Shown here: positions 59,297 through 64,000 of the stretch, one piece after another
Layout: each line of letters begins with the position of its first letter
How positions within the stretch are numbered: position 1 is the first letter of the stretch
From: Chrysomallon squamiferum
Taxonomy: Eukaryota > Animalia > Mollusca
DNA: 64,000 nucleotides
Direction of reading: 5' to 3'
Assembly: GCA_012295275.1 (NCBI GenBank)
Contig: CM022676.1
Span: 8,494,001 to 8,558,000 of the forward strand
Notes under the pieces: generated by a model
What the model was told of the DNA's origin: nothing
The model's input: the letters and a program-made list of their open reading frames with translations, nothing else
Database searches by the model: none
Program-made: the position numbers and the translations under genes

Positions 59297-61921
59297 ACTG
59301 TTACTGTGAAAATGTAAATTAAAAAAAAAAAAAAAAATTTTACGTTTATTTGTGTTCAGTTTTGGATTTTTTGATACAAGTTCAACAGGGTTCAGATTAC
59401 AGATGCAGTATTCTGGGGTCCACATACTTAGTGTAGTCTGATTATACACCTGCTTCATCTGTGTATGCTACACTATACAATTTAAATCTTTTTTTACACA
59501 TGAAAATTGAAAAAGAAAAAAAATGAATCCCAGTAATAACTCTGCATCAGCATTTTATAGATTTAATCCATCAATAATGTTAACCATGATTTTCTTAATA
59601 AGATGATGAATTCAGCATTTACAGATTTACAAAATGAGTATCTTGAAGCACAAATATTCCCCACATTTTAAGATTAAAGAATTAATGGAGGCAGTAGCTT
59701 ACTGAAATGTATTGTAGATGTCCTATTTTGAATAGTAATAAAAAATATTTTGCACCAGAGCATTTCAAGATGGACACACGAAATCACTGAAGATAATTTA
59801 TATACTCGAATTCCTGCAGAAAATTCATTAATAGTATATTCACTAATTAGAACAACTTTTCATTATAGATCCATAAGATAATCTTCATAATGCAACATGT
59901 TTTTGCTGCAGCAAATCCACACAAAAGATTAAGATGTACAAGTTCTCTGTTTAAAAAAGATTGCACAAAATACTGTTGCCAATGAAGTCAATATAAATAA
60001 ATAAATATATTTTTTGTTTCACAGGTAGTAAGTTAAATTCATTTACTTCATCACTGTAAAAAAATGTGAGTTATTAAAATGATCCCTGCAGTGGAAAGAG
60101 ATTATTTTATTTAGAGGTGGTTTCCAAAAGTTCAAAATGGAGGTTTCTTAGTCATCAGGTTAAAATATATACTGAATTACCTCCCTTACGTTCACCCCTG
60201 TCTAAACACCTGACATCATCTTTTAGGTAAGTTTATCAGTGATGCATGGACTCAAGCATGGCCAGCCAGACTTCAGATATTCCAGTGAACAGCACTAACT
60301 GTAATGATACTGTTAAACTAATAAACTAAATACATTGAACATGTAGGTGATATGTCATGTACAATGTGATGTAAAAATGTTGGGGCTTTGAAAATGAAAC
60401 TTGATTATCCCCCAAAGAGGCAAAAGGATTATGTATCAGTATAATTATATTTTAAAATAATAAAAATAATATTAACAGTAATATTAAATAATAACAAGGA
60501 ATGGAATTTATAAACCGGCAAGAAAATTTTATATTAATATATAATATATACATTTTGAAAATAACATGGCAGTGAAAATGAAAATTAACACTCCTTAAAA
60601 AGGCAAGATCTTGTAACAAAAAATATTTAAAAAAAAATAATAATAACACTGGAAATCATAATACTTTAATGATCAGTGACAATTCATGTACATGCACATA
60701 CATACATACATATATACATGTATAAATTAACACAATTTATATTATACAAATTTGTAATTCACGTATAAAAGAAACATACCAAACAATGATTAAAACAAAG
60801 GTTTGGTCATCTTAAAGAATATGAGCTGCCAATTCAAGTTTTTATTTTAATTATAAAAATGAGAATTTAAATTAGAAATATTTTTTAATCAATGAGGAAA
60901 ATCAAAAAAAGAAGAAGAAAGAACTGAAATTTCTATGTAAAACAAATAAAATGCAGAAATGCTCTGAAATAAACACTATTTAACAATTATATATATTTTT
61001 TTCTTTTCAGTTATATTTCACAAGCAGTCTTGTCTATAAACTAGACTTAGAAAGCATATTTAGGAAAGAAACTAGACTTGATAGTAACTTTAATAACTGG
61101 GTTTCTGATTGTTTTGGTGAAGTTACCATACATTCACCTCCAGTTATAAGGCTTATCAATGACACAGATATAGTTTAAGTATTGTGAACACAAATATCTC
61201 AAACATGAGACACAATCTGCAATGTATTTGGTGATTTTCATCAATTAGGAGCAAGACTAGATAATTTTGAATTGAGAATAAATAATATTGATACTCATTT
61301 TAACCTTTTGGTCTGCACCTGTTAGTGTTTTTTTTTCATTCCCCCCATGTAAAAATAAATGAATAAGTAAATAAATGAATGAATGAATAAATAAAATATT
61401 AATTAAGTAAATAAATAAATAATAAATAAAATAATTGAAATATGTAACTGAATAAAAATAAATAAATAAATAAGATAATTTAATAACTATACTAAAAAAA
61501 AAAAATAATAATAATAACTAATAATAATAAAACAAAATTTTTTAAATGTTCAGAAAAATGATTCTGAATAAATTAACCCAAGCCCTATAAAAAATCATTT
61601 TTATTCACCTTCTCTTTTGCTTTAAAAAAGAAAAGAAAAACAAACTTTCCTCATTCACCTTACAGAATATAAATGTACATGTAAATATTGTGTAGATAAA
61701 AACAGAATGACAACACATACAGAACATCAGTGTCGTACGACTAAGACCAATCAAATATCACAAGTTCTCTCCCTTTGAGCATTCCATTTTCATAACTGAA
61801 ATTATTTACATGAACTGGATAGGTGGTATTATAGACATAAAACAAAATAAGACAGAATTAAACAAATAAATGAATAAATAAATAAATAAATAAATAAATA
61901 ATAATGATGATGATGATGATG

Positions 61922-61956
<35 letters not shown>

Positions 61957-62313
61957 AATAATAATAATAATAATAAAAAATAAATAAATAAAAATAAATA
62001 ATAATAAAAAAATAATAATAAAGTAAAATAAATAAATACTGATATACATATGATTTCTAAAAATGTTATGTTTTTATAAATCAAACAAACAAATAAATAA
62101 ATAAATAAATAACTGTTTTAAATACAGTTCCTAAAAATTGTATGTTCTAGCAATGGTATTAATGGTATTGCTTTTATTTTAATAAGAATATGAACTTTGA
62201 TTTTTTTTTTAAATACAAATTTTATAAACTATTATTATCATTATCATCATAATCATTTTTGTTATCAACATCATCATTCTTAACATTTTCATTATACTCA
62301 GTATCTTTAATAT

Positions 62314-62345
<32 letters not shown>

Positions 62346-63838
62346 AAAAAAAAAAATGGCAACTTTAAAAAAAATTATGGTGGGTCCTTTTTAATGTTTA
62401 TCAAAAAACTGTCCTAGGATGCCTAAGAAGGGCAATTTCTGACTGCAGATCTAGTCTCATAAAGATAATAAGACATTTTAGATTATCAACAATGTTTTTA
62501 TTTGTTTGTTTTTGCTTTTGTTGGGTTTTGTTGTATTATTTTGTATTTTTTTCCTTTTTTTAAATTCTGAAATCTGTATTGAACATACCTTGGATGTTTA
62601 CAAAAAAAACAAAAAACATAATGATTGTTAATAATATGTAAATAGATTTTTAACCAAATAATTATGCAATATTTCATTGACAAGAAAGGCCAGATATTTA
62701 ATTATAATAAAAAATGAATCAGTTTAAAAATCTATGTTAGCTGCATTTTACCTACTAAACATGTTGATCTTTTAAAGAACATATATTCATTATATGGTAA
62801 ATTTTAAATAAATGCTTTTAATATAACAGGTACTTTTTAAATCTTTGGAACAACTAATATTTACTTTTTCTGCATGTTACATACAAGATGAAATGTATAT
62901 AAATGTCATTTTGGATAAATGATAATTTTATATAAAATAATCTGTCTTAAATACATAAATTATAAATCGACTTTTTTCTTTTTTCCTAGTGTGTTTTATA
63001 TATATATATATATAAGTCTATTTTAGAAGTATAATGTTCAATAATTTAGTGGATGAGATAGAAAAAAAATTACAAATCAAGACTATTAAGGGAAAAGACA
63101 AGCTGATACTTATAATATAAACTATTATCATTTACAACTAACACCAACATTCCAAGAGTTAATAAAACATTTGAGGTAACTTTTACAAGATTCACAAAAA
63201 TCTTTACTTCCATATCATTGTTATGATCAAATTAATTTTATTATTAAAAAAATACACAGTATAAACATAATAATAGTTTTTAAAAAGTACAAAAAAAAGT
63301 ACGATGAAGAACAAAAAAATTAAATTATTATCAAAACAAAATAATGATTCTCAGTTACATTCCACAAAACAAAATTTCTTTCAACATCAGTTAATTCAAT
63401 AATAACAACAACTGGTACAACAAACAATTCTATAAATTACTTACATCCAACCATTTTCATTTTGGTAAACAAATGAGAAATTCCACATGGGGAAAAAAAA
63501 CCTGAATAAAATTTATCTATACATCTAATTAACAATAACTTTAATAAAAAGCTTTAGAAAGACAATCAATATAATTTTAATGTGTATAATATCATAAATA
63601 TTCTTCTGTTATTCTCTAGAAGTAACATACTACGTCCAGTGCAACATTCACCATATATATATATCTGGAGACCAGTGGTCAGTGTGGGTATATGGTAATA
63701 GTATAAATATTTTTCTTTCATTCTAGAATATATTATATCTACGACCATTGTAATAATATTCAGTGTGTGTATAATTTGGGGATCAAGAGGCTTCACGTTG
63801 TTGACAAGTGGTATGAATTTCATAGTTTTCTCCAGTCA

Positions 63839-64000
63839 CTAAAATACCAATTCAAATGACAGCAGCTGCAGAAAATCATCATCAAACACATCCAGAAACA
63901 CAGGTGATGTTGAATTAGATATATCATACCTGCAGCTTCTGTGAGGAGACCTGATGATGTCAGAAACATGTGGAAGAGGAGAAAGAGGAGGGGCAGAGAG
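63839..64000 (-). CDS. Probable C-terminal coding segment of a gene extending beyond the window: LSAPPLSPLPHVSDIIRSPHRSCRYDISNSTSPVFLDVFDDDFLQLLSFELVF*
   Basis: 54 open codons from the window edge to TAG, with a sharp rise in GC. I do not recognise the protein. Confidence 0.6.
   Translation of the reverse strand, partial: LSAPPLSPLPHVSDIIRSPHRSCRYDISNSTSPVFLDVFDDDFLQLLSFELVF

Noticed and set aside
63566-63823. 85-aa minus-strand ORF
   Set aside because: It lies just past the TAG at 63839 in AT-rich, UTR-like sequence and has no recognisable motif.

Overview
AT-rich, microsatellite-saturated animal genomic DNA. An invertebrate is likely; the repeat style suggests a mollusc, but this is not provable here. 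Nearly all entries in the supplied ORF track are simple-repeat artefacts, and the real genes are spliced. I reconstructed four by hand. (1) PDE9-type cGMP phosphodiesterase, + strand, exons from 3974 to a stop at 37293, with its first exons upstream of the window; one catalytic-domain exon (34271-34395) is scrambled in this sequence. (2) An unrecognised 6-exon gene of about 199 aa, - strand, 52418->43127, with motifs reminiscent of ciliary microtubule-inner proteins. (3) RPS19, + strand, with a TCT/5'TOP start and an unusual Ala/Pro-rich C-terminal tail. (4) The probable last coding exon of a - strand gene at the window end. The best leads are a candidate RFX X-box-flanked internal first exon that would make a catalytic-domain-only PDE9, a 21-nt microexon, strong enrichment of X-box and CRE motifs, two intronic minisatellites and an abrupt CpG-depletion boundary near 56 kb. 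I found no CRISPR array, rRNA, intact tRNA or intact transposon. I cannot claim a proven new system; all findings are hypotheses from manual reading.
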